DNA from: Neoconidiobolus thromboides FSU 785
Lineage: Eukaryota; Fungi; Entomophthoromycota
DNA: 64,000 nt
Assembly: GCA_025603075.1 (NCBI GenBank)
Contig: MU626279.1
Location: 62,001 to 126,000 of the forward strand
Direction of reading: 5' to 3'
Part shown: one piece after another, positions 1 through 13,359 of the stretch
Position numbering within the stretch: the first letter of the stretch is position 1
Layout: each line of letters begins with the position of its first letter
Program-made: the position numbers and the translations under genes
Notes under the pieces: model-generated
What the model saw: only the letters and a program-made list of their open reading frames with translations
Databases searched by the model: none
Told to the model about the DNA's origin: nothing

Positions 1-468
1 CCTCACTGAAGGCGTTTTATAAAGTTGGTTGATTGCATTGATATAAGTTTTTAATTCATCTTCCGTTAAATCATGGAATTCTTTACGGATGAAGGTCTTG
101 GTACATTGCTTGGGCTTTGGTGGATCACTATTTTGGATCAATTTGTTGTATTGCTTCACATTTTTCATATATTGATTTGTAACTTTATTACTTGGCTCAT
201 GAGATGTGACGTTTGCATCCAAGATCAAGTTATGATAGTAGATTCCTATAGGTTTGAAATCGGATTAGTATAAGATTCTTATTTACATGTATTATTTATC
301 ATTACCCGCTTCCTTTCTTAGCCTTACATCTTCATCATTGTTTATATTGACATCGACTGTGTCTTCTGGCAAAGAGTTGAAACTAAATTCTACTGTTTTA
401 CTAAATTGAGTCTGAGTCAATATTGAGTTAAAATTACAGACTAAATTCAATAATATAAAATAATTCAT
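1..468 (-). CDS. Secreted tyrosinase-like / di-copper-centre protein, N-terminal part (runs off window start)
   Basis: Manual translation: ATG at 468, MNYFILLNLVCNFNSILTQ (signal-like), one intron (~249-305), then PKPKQCTKTFIRKEFHDLTEDELKTYINAINQLYKTPS. This matches the C-x(4)-R-K-E-W/F-x-x-L-S/T-x-x-E-x-x-x-Y-I-x-A N-terminal motif of fungal tyrosinase-like proteins. Copper-binding His motifs would lie outside the window. Confidence 0.75.
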
Positions 469-1126
469 TAATCTAGAAATAAAGTTTATTTTTGTTATTA
501 TTGTTTTATTGTTTTTATAGTTAACTTTTAATTTTTTAGTTTTCTATTTTATGATTTAAACCTTTTATTAATTCAATGAGTTTTTTAATTCTTAATGTCG
601 TTGATCAAACATTCATTGACTTTATTATTATCATAGTCCTTTTCTCGATCTCCCAAATTATCTTAGTTTATGATTTTACTTTAAGTCCCCGTAAAATTTA
701 TTTTTTAACACTCAAATTTTTATTCAATTGGTGTGACTGCTAATTTAGTATAAGTATTATAAATAAGGGTCTAGAATATCAATTACTAGATTCTATTTAC
801 TCACCCTTTGTCTTTCATTAACCTCTTTTATAACAGAAAAAAATCATGTAATAAGACAAACTTTAGAATCATTTAATATTCCAAACAATGTCCGGTTCAT
901 AAAAAAATCGTATCTATTATTTCCAAACTATAGTTAACTTAAAATTTTTCTACTTAATAAAAACCAAAAATAGTAAATTGTCTGTTCGGATATAGTTTTT
1001 TTAACCTTGTGTTATTTAATAAACAATCGATCTAATAAAGATACTGTTATAAAGTTTGGAAAATGGGAAGGGCAAATTAAAAGACTATATAAAGGAATCT
1101 AGTATTATAAAAATGACATAAACAAA

Positions 1127-1792
1127 ATGATAGTAATTCATAATACTGACGATATTAAAATCGGTCTTAATAGTAATGAATGGAAACCTTTACTAACCAA
1201 AAAAGCAAAGAACAAGAGCATATTCCAAGGCCAATTCAACATCTATTGGCTCTTTAGTTCTTTACTTTCTTTATGGTTTACCTTATACAAAGGCGTGCCT
1301 TTATTATTTAATCCCAAAACTGGTCCTTCTTTATTTATGCACTTAATCTTTTGTACATTAATATGTATACAATGTATCATAAACCTGTATTTCACTCCTG
1401 ATATGGGCCCAACCTATCGAGAAATGCACAAACTCATAGGTAAACTTTGTTTTTTGACTACTTTCTTAAGCACTTTGTTTGGATTGATAACTACCTGGAA
1501 TGAACGATATAGCGGTGTCAGTATATTTGCTATCAGCATTTCAATTGGTGGTTTATTTCAAGTTGATGCAATGGCTAAGGCAATATATTATATACGTAAA
1601 AAAGATTTTAAAAAGCATACATATTATGCTTCTTCCGTTTTTTATGCCGGTTGTATGATACCAGCTTACATTCGTTTGCCCTATTTGCTTAATACTGATT
1701 TAACAAAGTATTGGGATGTACTTGGTTGGATTATTCCAATTGGTGTGTTTAATTTAGCTTATTTAAGTACTCAATCTAAGAGATGGTATTAA
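1127..1792 (+). CDS. Multi-pass membrane protein, DUF2306-like
   Basis: Intronless 221-aa ORF with 5-6 hydrophobic segments; H-x(n)-Q helix followed by HKLIGK resembles the DUF2306 'HR..GR' motif; TATA-like ctatataaag at ~1085. Confidence 0.55.
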   Translation: MIVIHNTDDIKIGLNSNEWKPLLTKKAKNKSIFQGQFNIYWLFSSLLSLWFTLYKGVPLLFNPKTGPSLFMHLIFCTLICIQCIINLYFTPDMGPTYREMHKLIGKLCFLTTFLSTLFGLITTWNERYSGVSIFAISISIGGLFQVDAMAKAIYYIRKKDFKKHTYYASSVFYAGCMIPAYIRLPYLLNTDLTKYWDVLGWIIPIGVFNLAYLSTQSKRWY

Positions 1793-2953
1793 TTTTTCTA
1801 GTATTTATTTATTAAATTATATTGTAGAAGTACTTAATTTTTAACATTATAAATTTGTTATTTTTTTGAAACTTGTTGCTTAAAAGTACAATTGTTATGT
1901 TATATTATTTGTATAATTTTAAAGTCCAATGGGGTAGAGAAAAAGACAATACAATATTTGAAAAAAAAAAGAGGCTACAAGTGGCTGTCAACATAACTAA
2001 ACCGAAGGCCTATTTGCTAAGTGATCTTTGTCAGATAAATTTTCTATTTTTAAAACAAGCTTGTTGAAATTAAATAGTCATCCTTAAGCTTCAAATTTAT
2101 TCAATCTTAAAGCAGAAAATGCCAAGTGTCCTTCAAAATATGGGTATCAGGAAAATACCAAGTAGCCAGAATAAGAAGGAATAACAATAATAGACTTAAA
2201 TTTACATTTGTCTAATTTGAACTAAAAAAATCAATGTGATTAAATTAAATAAACCGTAATAACTTAAAAATAAAAAGTTCATGTATCAACTGTTAACCCA
2301 CTAAATTTTATAAAAAAAATGCCAGAAGCCAAGAATATGGGTAAAATATCCAGCCCATCAAAAAATGTTACACAAACATTACATTTAAAACATATTAAAC
2401 GAGAAATGAGTTAGATTATTAAACTTTTAGATAGCTTAATTATAAAATGACTTAATTAGTTATAATTCAATAATTGGTTGTTAGCCAATTTTATACAGCC
2501 AAGAAATTTTATTATTATTTTATATAGGTTTCGGCTAATATTCTTTAAGCTGCATTTAGTTATGTGGTTGAGTATGTTCTGAGCTATGTTTTTATTTATA
2601 TTTCATTTTCAACACACTATATTTTATAGCTGTATTGAAATATTAGTGAGTTGTTTATCAAAAAATACTTTTTACTCTAATAGTTTACTCTCATTGTAAT
2701 TTTCAAAGTTTGATTGTTTAGAAAGCCATTTCTAAAGGAAACAATGAATTTTTTAATCTGCATAAAATTTGATTGATTTAACTTTTAGGTCTCACTTCTA
2801 AAGTAAAGTTAAAAATAACAATAAACCTTGGCATTTAAGGGCCTCAAATGTTGAAAATTTTGCTAATACTTTATTAAAACAATAGTGTAACTAAATACTA
2901 TAAAAGAAAATTCAAATACTGACTTAAATTATTAAAAGAATAACAATCAAAGT

Positions 2954-3928
2954 ATGAAGTTTTATTATTGTTTACCTATCCTTACCCTTGTAGCTGGCCA
3001 AGATTATTCAGTTACTGATAATAGCTCTTCAGATTATTCTGTTAGCGACAGCAGCACCATGGGCTCTTCAGATTATTCTGTTACCGACAGCAGCACTATG
3101 GGCTATTCAGCTACTTCCACTGGCGCCTATAGTTCACCAAGCTATATCCACATTAAAAATCATAATGGTAATAAACACAATAGTAGTAACAAGCACAACA
3201 ATAACAATAGCGACATGTTGAAAAAATTACATAAAGAAGGGTATATTTGTATCTCATCCAAATCAAAATACCAACAATTGATTAAATTTTTCCCAAAAGA
3301 TATTCAATCTCAGCTTAGCTCTATCCTTTTTAGCTACCAAAATACTATGGGTGCTTCTAGTGATTCTAGTTATCCAACTAACATTTCAGACGATAATTCT
3401 TGTGACATTATCGATTATACTAATACAAATACTCCAAAAGCTACTGATTCAAGTTACCCAATTGCTACTGATACCACAGACTCCTATACTAATTCTATAA
3501 CTACTGATAGTACTGATTCAAGTTACCCAACAGCTACTGATTCTACTGACTATACCGATTCTAGTTACCCAACTGCTACTGATACCACAGACTCCTATAC
3601 AGATTCTGTAACTACTGATAGTACTGACTATACAGATTCTAGTTATCCAACTGGTACCGACACCACCAATTCTTATACCGATATAAGTTATCCAGCCTCA
3701 ACCGATACTACTGACTCTATTTATCCAACTTCAATTGATACCACTGATTCCTATATAACTATCACTGACACTTCTAGCACTACCGATTCTAGCTATCCAA
3801 CTACTACTGATATTACTAGCTCTAGCTATCTAGTCAGTACTACTGATTCCAGCTCCTTAATTTCTACCGATTCTGCTTATCCAGTTACCACCACTGACAC
3901 TGGCTATGTAGTTGCTACTACTTATTAG
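2954..3928 (+). CDS. Secreted Ser/Thr/Asp/Tyr-rich repeat protein (cell wall or mucilage-like)
   Basis: 324-aa ORF; signal peptide MKFYYCLPILTLVAG; repeats SSDYSVTDSSTMG and TDSSYPT(A)TD; codon pattern is clearly coding; TATA-like tataaaag at ~2900. Confidence 0.85.
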   Translation: MKFYYCLPILTLVAGQDYSVTDNSSSDYSVSDSSTMGSSDYSVTDSSTMGYSATSTGAYSSPSYIHIKNHNGNKHNSSNKHNNNNSDMLKKLHKEGYICISSKSKYQQLIKFFPKDIQSQLSSILFSYQNTMGASSDSSYPTNISDDNSCDIIDYTNTNTPKATDSSYPIATDTTDSYTNSITTDSTDSSYPTATDSTDYTDSSYPTATDTTDSYTDSVTTDSTDYTDSSYPTGTDTTNSYTDISYPASTDTTDSIYPTSIDTTDSYITITDTSSTTDSSYPTTTDITSSSYLVSTTDSSSLISTDSAYPVTTTDTGYVVATTY

Positions 3929-4222
3929 TTTCTTTGATAAGTTTGCAAAATATTTTTTATTTAGTTTAGCTAGGCAGTTTTTTATGAATTAATCTTGAAA
4001 TAAATATCATTCTACGTAAAACATCCTCAAACATATTAATTATAAATTTAATTAATTACTCATTTTAAACTTAATTTAGTTTAAATTAGATTTAGTGTTT
4101 GTTATATTTTTGATAAAGTTAATGTTCGTCTATTTATTTATGATATACATCTATAGATGAATGATTATTTTATAAAAGTTTTTTTGCAAAAAATACTTAG
4201 ATAATTAAAGCTAAAACTAATA

Positions 4223-4325
4223 ATATGGAGATGTGTTTTTTGTTTAAGAATTTTACTACAATCTTTCCACTCAAATAACGCTTAAAAAATGGAAAAATAA
4301 TGAAACTAAAAAAACATCCCCATAT
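4223..4325 (-). mobile_element. MITE family A copy (~105 bp, TIR ATATGGGGATG)
   Basis: atatggagatg...catccccatat; internal sequence is the reverse complement of the family consensus seen in 12 other copies. Confidence 0.85.
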
Positions 4326-4572
4326 TGAAATTTATGTATATAGTCCATCTTGTAATTAAAATTAATGAACTCTTGCCACTATTAATTTACTTGAATAATA
4401 AAACAAACAAAATGTATATTATTATTAACCTTAAACTTCATCTGCAGAACACGAAGCACAAAAAAATAATAAAAGTATGTTTTTAAATCCTACTGGTAAT
4501 TTTTCCATCCAACAATGCATAAAAACTAGACAAATAAATGGAGCCCAAAAAGGCAGTATAAAAAAACATAAC

Positions 4573-4675
4573 ATCTGGGAATGTTTTTTTTAACTTCATT
4601 ATTTTCCATTTTTTAAGCGCTATTTAAGCGGAAAATTTGTTAGTAAAATTTTTAACATAAAAATACATCCCCATT
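4573..4675 (+). mobile_element. MITE family A copy
   Basis: ctgggaatgttttttt...ttaagcgctatttaagcggaaaatttgttagtaaaatt...catccccattt. Confidence 0.85.
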
Positions 4676-5160
4676 TGTTTTTTGAAATGTTGGGAGAGCA
4701 TAGGCCCATATGTATTTTATAGATGTATTTTGTAAATGTAAGTAAAAGCATAGCTAAGGTAGAAAAAAAGTATAAAGGTGTAGGATGTGGTTATACTAAA
4801 AATAAATATATTGAAGAGATAACGCTTCTTATTTTACTTACAAAAGATCAAGGAAGACTGTTTTTAATAGGATTAATTTTACAAAATTGAAGCAAATATG
4901 TAATAGTTAACGTTTAATGTTTTAAAAAATTCAATTTTATTATAATAGTTTTAATACACGCTAAATATAATAGCAGACATATAACCCTAAATCTATTACG
5001 GCTAACATTTAACACTACTAATTCCAAATAATACAATCTTCAATCCAGCCATATTTTTTATTTAAAAAATATAGTCTTATCACAAGTAAAAATAAAAAAA
5101 ACTTAAAAATGGAGAAGCTACAGCAATTGCAAAATGATAAATAAACCCGTTACAAATCCG

Positions 5161-6400
5161 TTACAAAAAGGACATATACATAGATAGATACTCCTTTTCC
5201 ATTCTTAAAAAGATCCAAAAAAACCTACGAAACAGCTCCAATAATTCCAACAAGAAATCAGTAATTGGGGATTGATTAATATGACTGCTTTGGGTTAATT
5301 TTAATACCCAAGTAATACGTAATAATAAATTGATAACAACAATTATATAATAAATTATTGGTTCTTTAAATAACAATTCTCGGTTTAGTATGTTGTATTT
5401 ATTACTGCTATAGGTTGCTACGCTGTCATAATTGTCGTCGTTATTATTGATATTCCTATACTCATTGTTATTCCTCCATTTAAAATAGAGGTCCCAATCC
5501 ATGACTAGATCCCAATAAAAGGAATAAAGAGAATTAAACATAATGAAAACTAACCATAGATAAAATAGCCAATAATTAAGAATCAACTCCTCGTTATAAA
5601 TCAATTTTGAAATAATTGGAGATAAAAAGATAACGGGGAAAGCAGAAGCATATTTTAATGCGTTAGATAAGTGTTTATATTGCTTCTCATTATTATTAAA
5701 AAATTCAATACAACATTGCTTCAACCTTAAAAAAAAGGGAATGGCTATTATCAATGGAGTTAATATTTCATTATATAATAGTAAACTTTTGTTCGTGTTG
5801 TTGAAAATGGTGAGCCAAGTTAAGGAAAATAAATCGCCAAGAATGCGGGAATAACTAGTTAACATATCCGCCAATAAAACTTCTGAAAATAATATTGTTG
5901 AGTTGTAGTTGCAAAATATAATTTTATAAACTAATCTAGATAAATAAATAAGTATGTATTAACTATATATTAACTAAAACTTACTTTAGAAAATAGTATC
6001 TTTCTTGTTTAAAAAAATAGTCAACTGGCATTAGCAATAAAAGTAGTGATAAAAATATAGATAACAGAAATACATGAGAAATAGAAAATTGCCATTGAGG
6101 ATCAGACTCCAAATTGATTTTTACATTATTTAATAAATAGAAATTAAAATAAAATAAGGACGGTAAAAATATACCTAAAAATAGATAAATAAATATCTTC
6201 TTTAACTTCTTATCTAAGATTATATCCTCTTCATTATTGGTAGGTGTAGTGTTAAATATTCTGCCATAATTGATATTGTAGTTTGATAGTCCTTTTAAAT
6301 TCAAAGAATATAATAAAGGTCCTAAAAATATTAAAAATAATACTCTTAAAGGTACTGGAAAGATGATTTCTATACTCGTTAAGATCCTGTCTTTCTTCAT
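5161..6400 (-). CDS. EXS family protein (ERD1/XPR1/SYG1), ERD1-like
   Basis: Two exons (intron ~5939-5984). EVLLADMLTSYSR, RLKQC, NALKYAS, YSFYWDLVMDWDL, NLLLRITW, ELFRRFFWIFLRMEKE are hallmark EXS motifs; no SPX domain seen. Confidence 0.9.
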
Positions 6401-6633
6401 TATATATTATTTAGTTAATGAATTGTTATTTATTTATTATTTATTATTTATATGTTATAAAAAAAGATCCCAAGATAAGTAAAGTAATTAAAAAATATAC
6501 CAAAAAGATAAATTAACTTTCACCAATAAATAGCATAAACTAAATTTTCAACCTAGATGGTTACAACTAATTGGTTTAAATTAAACAAAAAATATGCAAA
6601 CACAAATTTATTTTTAGCTCAATAGTTTAATAT

Positions 6634-8010
6634 TTATATAGGAAAGCCCTGGCTATTTATTAAACCAGAATTAGTTTCATGTGGCCCATTCCCTTTACTG
6701 GTTAAACTTCTAGAGTAGTTATCCTGAAGCACTTTTAAACTTTGTAAAGCGACTAGATTACTAAATTTTTCTTTATATAAAGCATAAAAATGAAACATCT
6801 TTTGAGTAACAATGGCTACCTAAAGAAAACGAAAAAAAATTAAAAATACATCACAATAAATTTTACAACTTAAAGATAATTTATTACCTCTTCCAAATCT
6901 ACTTGAATTTCAATAAACCAACTTTGTATTTTTTCCATGGTTTCCAAATTTTGTGTTTTATTAATTAGCATTTCTTCTTGCTTTGGTAACACCATATAGA
7001 TAGCTGTTACCGCTAACAAGTGCGGTGAATGACAAAGTATAACATCGGTCATATACATATCGTTGATAATATACCTTAAAATAAAATTAACGGCTTCAAT
7101 TCATTATTTCTGTTTTTGTGATTATTATTAAGATTTGTCACTTACCAAGCTAATTGCAGATTATTTTGATCAATGGGTACAGTTTGTAAATATCTAAACA
7201 AATGAAATAAAAGTTAATTAAAAAAACATTAAAAAACACACAGCAATATTCCAAACTTACAAAGAAAATGGATGATATGGATGAAATGGTGTTAAATAAC
7301 ATTCTAATTCTTGTAATAAATAAAATTCAAAATCGGCCAAATCCGAAGTATCATAAGGTAACTTTATACTGGGTTCACTTTCTAAACAATTTTTTCATTT
7401 TAAATCTTATTTTATAATATTTAACTCGGATTCCCGACAATTACCTTGAAAAGCAGTAATAGATTCGGTCATTACATTCGTTATATGATAAGGATATTCA
7501 TCTACTTTACCAGCTACATACATGCATGTGGTAGCTACTAAACAAGGTTCTGTATCACAAAAGCTATTTCTATATATATCAAATTAGTTTAGTTATAAAG
7601 CATAAAACTTGAAACTCGATTCTTACTTAGTATAGAACCTTTTAAAAAACATGATGCTTGTAGCTATATGTTTTTGTCGAATAAGTAATCTTTGGCCAAT
7701 TCGAGTTAACACTAATCCATTAAAAAATGTTAATATAATCAATATAATCAATGTAATCAACATAATCATTTCTCTTTACTTCATTAAAAATTCTACTCTA
7801 TTTAAATACTTACTATTAGCAAAATAAGTATGAATCATTGTATATTCATCTTTCGTTGTAAATTTCAAATCTTTACTAGGTCCGGTTAGACTCAAAACCT
7901 CTTTAAATGTCCATCGTTTACTTTAAAGAGATTTACTTAATTCCTTTTTATTATGATACAGTGCTGATAATGATTTACTATTGTGAAGATTCCCAATAAT
8001 TACTTGCCAT
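6634..8010 (-). CDS. SSN8: Cyclin C (Mediator kinase module)
   Basis: Multi-exon: MASNYWESSQ start; RIGQRLLIRQKHIATSIMFFKRFYTK; NSFCDTEPCLVATTCMYVAGKVDEYP; YMTDVILCHSPHLLAVTAIY. Confidence 0.92.
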
Positions 8011-9419
8011 TTTTAGTAGATAAAAATTGAAAAATTCATTTTTGATTTTTTGAATATTGTGAAAATGACTAGCTTTTTTAGTACAGCCAATAAAATAGAC
8101 TTGAAAACATGAATTTGAATGTCTTTTTGTCCCTTCCTTATAGAGTTATAAAATTAAAATATTAAAAACATTGAAAAACATCACCACATGGATAAATTTA
8201 TTGTTCTTGTAGTTTATTCTTGCACTTTCAAGTATTAAATAGTAATTAATTCGCTTTAACAAGCAACTAGACTACTTGAATTATTTTATATAAATATTGT
8301 TTTAACTAAAATTTATTATTGAAAAAATCGCTAACTTTCACCTAATAAATACTCTTTAAACCTAAAAAATCCTTCTTTCATTCTCTTAATAGCCCCTTTT
8401 ATTAACCTCATCTTTCAAAACAAAATCAGACTACTTTATGTTCTAATTGGACTTATAAGTTAGAAATTAAAAATTAAAAAGTAAACATATCAGTTTTTGT
8501 TTAGCAAATTTTTCACTTAATAGTACCTAGAAATTAGACAAACAAATGAAGAAGAAGTCCCAATTTGTTATTTACTCCTTATTCATTCTTTTAGTATTTG
8601 ATGTAAGATCATATCATCTCTAAAGATTGGATCTGAATAAATGTCCTAACTTCATATTAAACCAATTGGCTTATTAATGAGATAGAACATATAAATGAAT
8701 TAAAAATAAATTATGTTTTAATAGTAACTCAACATCTTCGAAATTGAAATGTTTATAAAACATATTGTAAAGAAAAAAGAGATAACATAATGACCATATT
8801 TATAACCACATAATAACCACTTATTGTCTTTTTTATTTATAATTTTATTTTAAATACTTCAGTTATAAAACCTTATCATCTTATTTTTCGTTGTTGATAT
8901 AATATCTCCACAGAATCTCCACTATAAATAACTGCCCATTTCATTGGATATTAATAAATTTCTAAAGAAATTAATTTGTCCTTAAATTCTTTATAAAGTA
9001 ATTCTATGGCTTGTTATTACCAGAATTTTTTATTAAAGAGTAATTAATTATTTTTTTCAAATGTCAATAGTTAAAAGAAGAATTTAAAAAGTTATTATTA
9101 GCAACAAATCATTAGATAGTATGTGCTTACTTGAAGCATTTTAATTCGATCAAATCATGGAGCTAAGTTTCCAAGAGATTCCAAGAGTGATTAAAGACAA
9201 TAAAAATTCGATTAAAAGAAGTGGTTGAATACTAATTAAGCTTAGGTAAATATCTAAAAAAAGACAGCAAATGATTTAATCTCGCTAATAAATATACAAC
9301 GATAATAGTATATAAATAGAACCCATAACTATTTACTTTAATTTTTCAAAAATAAGCTTTGAATTTTTGTTTTTTTCTTACTATAAACTAATACATCTCA
9401 TATCATATAATCTTTAATT

Positions 9420-10454
9420 ATGGTTAAATTATCTCAAATCATTACATTACTTGCTTTGACTGTTGCTGGTAACATGTCAAAAAAATGTACCAGTAAATCA
9501 GATAGTAATGTACCTACTAGTATTCCAAGTAATGGAGGCAATAATACTAGCTCCAGTGTTGCTACCCCAAGTCAAACTAGTACCACTGCTATTACTCAAC
9601 CAACTGGTACCCCAGTTCAAGCTGATATCTATGGTTTAGGCTATAATGCTAAACATTCCGATGGCCAATGCCCTCAAGTTGATAAAGTTGTAACGGATTT
9701 TAAAACAATGCAACAAATTACATCTCGTATTCGTACTTTTGGCTTAATGGATTGTAATCAAGGTGAATTATTAGTTCAAGCTGCTGAAAAGACTGGTATG
9801 CAAGTATCCCTTGGTATGTTCTTAAATCAATATCCTGCTGAATTTAATAATGAATTTGGTAAGCTTAAGGATTTGATTACTCGTTATCGTTCCACTTTTG
9901 AAAAATATATCCCAGTCATTATTGTTGGTAGTGAAACTTTATATCGTAAAGAGCTTAATTTTGATGAATTAGCTGTTTATATTAAACAAGTGAAACAATA
10001 TGTTCAAGTAGAACAAAAATTAAACATTAAAATTACCACAGCTGATACAAAAGATCAATGGTATCCACATGCTACTTTAGAAGCAGTTGATTTTATGATG
10101 GTTAATGCTTATCCTTATTGGGAATCGATTCCAGTAGAACAAGCTATTGATCATTTATTCCAAACTATTGGTAAAGTTAAGGGAGCCACTCAGCAAAGTG
10201 GTAAACAATTTGTATTAGGAGAGACTGGATGGCCTATTGGCGGAGATAAAATGGGCAATGCTATTCCATCCAAAGACAATCAATTGTTATACTTTAATCA
10301 ATTTTATTGTCGTGCTAAGAAAGAAAACTTACCTTATTATTGGTTCTCTGCCTTTGATGAATCTTGGAAACAAAATGAAACTAGATCAGATTGGGGTATC
10401 TTTAAAGAAGGTGGTGTTGTCAAACAAGGTTATCAACTTCCACCTACTTGTTAG
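9420..10454 (+). CDS. Secreted GH17 glucan 1,3-beta-glucosidase/transglucosylase (BGL2/SCW-like)
   Basis: Signal peptide, Ser/Thr linker, IVGSETLYR (acid/base Glu), VNAYPYWE, LGETGWP (nucleophile Glu), FSAFDESWK. Confidence 0.95.
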   Translation: MVKLSQIITLLALTVAGNMSKKCTSKSDSNVPTSIPSNGGNNTSSSVATPSQTSTTAITQPTGTPVQADIYGLGYNAKHSDGQCPQVDKVVTDFKTMQQITSRIRTFGLMDCNQGELLVQAAEKTGMQVSLGMFLNQYPAEFNNEFGKLKDLITRYRSTFEKYIPVIIVGSETLYRKELNFDELAVYIKQVKQYVQVEQKLNIKITTADTKDQWYPHATLEAVDFMMVNAYPYWESIPVEQAIDHLFQTIGKVKGATQQSGKQFVLGETGWPIGGDKMGNAIPSKDNQLLYFNQFYCRAKKENLPYYWFSAFDESWKQNETRSDWGIFKEGGVVKQGYQLPPTC

Positions 10455-10919
10455 TTATTTTTTTATAATATTTAAAAAAATAAAAGTTTTATTAAATATT
10501 ATTCATTCTAATATATTATACTTGTTTTATTATTTATTATTTTATGTTTTTACATTATTTTTGTTTTAATATTATCAGTATTAATATTATCACTTAATGA
10601 ATGAATAATAATAAATAACCGTTCAATAGGTTACTTAACTAATTTACTTAGAGAATCTCAAATTAATTAGTGATTTTAGTTTTACTATAAATAACTTTGG
10701 GATTTTGTTAGCAAACTTACCAAATCCCCAGCCAAGCCCCTAGCTAAACTCAAGATTTACTGTTTTATTAAACTAAGCAAGATCTTAATTTTGCAAATAA
10801 CGAATAATATAATGACATTTAATTTATTAAAATCATACTATTTAAAAAAATTACATTGATAATATAAAACAAATAAAGAATGTTTATTTTCTAATTAAAT
10901 TAAATTTTTATTTTAAAAT

Positions 10920-13359
10920 ATGAGATTAATGGATTATTATACTAAATTGCAAGCTTTAAAAAATTATTTATTTATAATTTTATTACTCTTATTTTTCACT
11001 TGTTTACCATTGTATGCCACTATTGACACTACTCAGCATGATGAATTTGTTAAAGAAGTATTGGAAAAAAAGCCTGGAGTTGATTATTGCAGGGTAAGTT
11101 AAAGTAACTTATATTAACTCATAATAATATAATACAATGTAATATAAAAGATATCGTCGAATATCACCGAATAATCTTGAATAATATGACATTAAATTGA
11201 ATAAAGAATTAAAGGAAAGAAATCACTAACAAGAACTATTTTTTATTAGCCTCCAGGGATGATCCATGATTCGTGTTGTGATTATAAAACAGTTGAAGAA
11301 ATCAATAGTAATTTGTTACCCTTAATTCATAATTTGCTAGAAACTCCTTTTTTCTCACATTACAAAGTAAGTTTTGTTAGCTATTTTATTTTAAAGAAAG
11401 ATGATCTATTTTTTATATTCAATTGTTGATTTTTAATAATATTTTATATTACTTTTAGATCAATTTACATAAACAATGTCCATTTTATAATGCCAATGAA
11501 TTATGTTCTCGTGTAGATTGTAGTGTAAGTACTTTAGATGAAAGTGAAGTACCTGCTACTTGGTTAACTGAAAAACTAAGTCAAGTGGATATGGGGATTG
11601 GTAGAATGGTGAGTTTATTATTTTAATAATAATAATATGTAATGAATAAAATATCGGATATTAATAAATTAATTTGATTATTTTTTAGGGGTTAAAACAA
11701 ATTAAGAAATGTACATATACAGATAAAGATTTTTGTGTATTAGAAGATGAAGAATCGGATGGTAATTAATTATATCATTTAATGTAGAACTTGTTATTAA
11801 TCCATTTATAACTTTAATATAATAGAAGGACAATATGTTAATTTATTAAAAAATCCAGAACGGTTTACAGGTTATGGGGGTGACTCCGCAGCCCAAGTTT
11901 GGAAAGCAATATATGAAGAAAACTGTTTTAATTTTTTAAATGAAAAAGAAAATTCATTAACATCAAACTTAATGTCCAATGATTTATTGATGGGATTATG
12001 TAAAGAAAAAAGAATCTTTTATAGATTGATTTCAGGTGAGTGTTAAGAGATAAATACTATTATAATATTGTAATTGTATTATTAATTATTAATTTTGTCT
12101 TAGGTTTACATGCTTCCATTTCAACTCATATTTGTTCAGATTATTATAATACAAAAACAGAATCTTGGGTAAATTAAATTTCTACTTTTTATCAATATTT
12201 TGAATTTAAATATGAACTTTATTAATATAAGTAATTAGGAACCTAATTTAGAATGTTTTATAAGTCGAGTCGGTTCTCATCCCGATAGATTAGAAAATAT
12301 GTATTTTAATTATATGTTGTTATTAAGAGCAGTAACTAAAGTTACTAAATATTTGGAAAATTATCAATATTGTTCATTGGACCAAGAACAAAATTCAAGT
12401 ATTAAGGTAAGTACTATTAAGAATAGAGAGTTAGTTGATGTAATAGAAATATTAATCTAATTTCAAAACTATAGGAGTTATTAAGTAATATCAAAACCCA
12501 TGCTAAAAATTGTCCAGCTACTTTTGATGAGAACAATCTTTTTGTTAATAAAGATGCTAAAGTAAGTATTATTATTATTAATTAATTCTTTTTTTATTAG
12601 TAATTTTTACCTTATATTAAATCTAGCTCCTTAAAACCGAATTTAAACAACATTTTCGAAATATCTCACAAGTCATGGATTGTATTGGTTGTCAAAAATG
12701 TCGATTATGGGGTAAAATTCAAACTGGAGGTAAATTCCAAATTATAGTTATAATAATTAAACGAACATTTATTAACCTTCTTTATTTTTAATTTAGGTTT
12801 TGGTACTGCCTTAAAAATATTATTTTCTTATGAAGAAAAGAGTTTGAAGTAAGTGAAGAATTTCAATCTATTTTTTATAGAATTGTATTAATATATTTAT
12901 TTATTTATTTATGTGTATAGTCCTAAAAGAAATCCGGATTTATTTAAAAAAACAGAAATTGTAGCTTTATTTAATACCTTTGGTAGATTAGCTGAATCTA
13001 TTGCATCCGTGGAAATGTTTAGAGAGATGTATTTGAAGAAATATAATTTTGAAAAAGATGAAAAGAAGACTTCAAAGAAAGAAAATGGATATGAAAAAAA
13101 GACTCAAAAGAGTGAAGATGTAAAAGAAAATAAGGAGGACGATAGTGAATATGGTTTTGAAAAGAAAGATGTCAATAAGAATGAAAGTAATCAAAATATG
13201 AAAGATGAAACTACGATGGACAAAAAGAATAGTTCTATTTATAGTCAAGTGATTCATTTTATCCTGAATTCACTTGAATCAACTATGGATTATGTTGATT
13301 CAAGAATTCCCACTTTAAAATATTATCGTAATCTTTGGATTAAATCTATACTTAGTTAA
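10920..13359 (+). CDS. ERO1: ER oxidoreductin 1
   Basis: Multi-exon: [99 protein letters not shown] (CxxCxxC). Confidence 0.95.

Noticed and set aside
73-273. 66-aa plus-strand ORF
   Set aside because: Antisense to the tyrosinase-like exon.
8546-8623. 25-codon signal-peptide-like ORF (MKKKSQFVIYSLFILLVFD...)
   Set aside because: Too short and no downstream exon could be joined convincingly.
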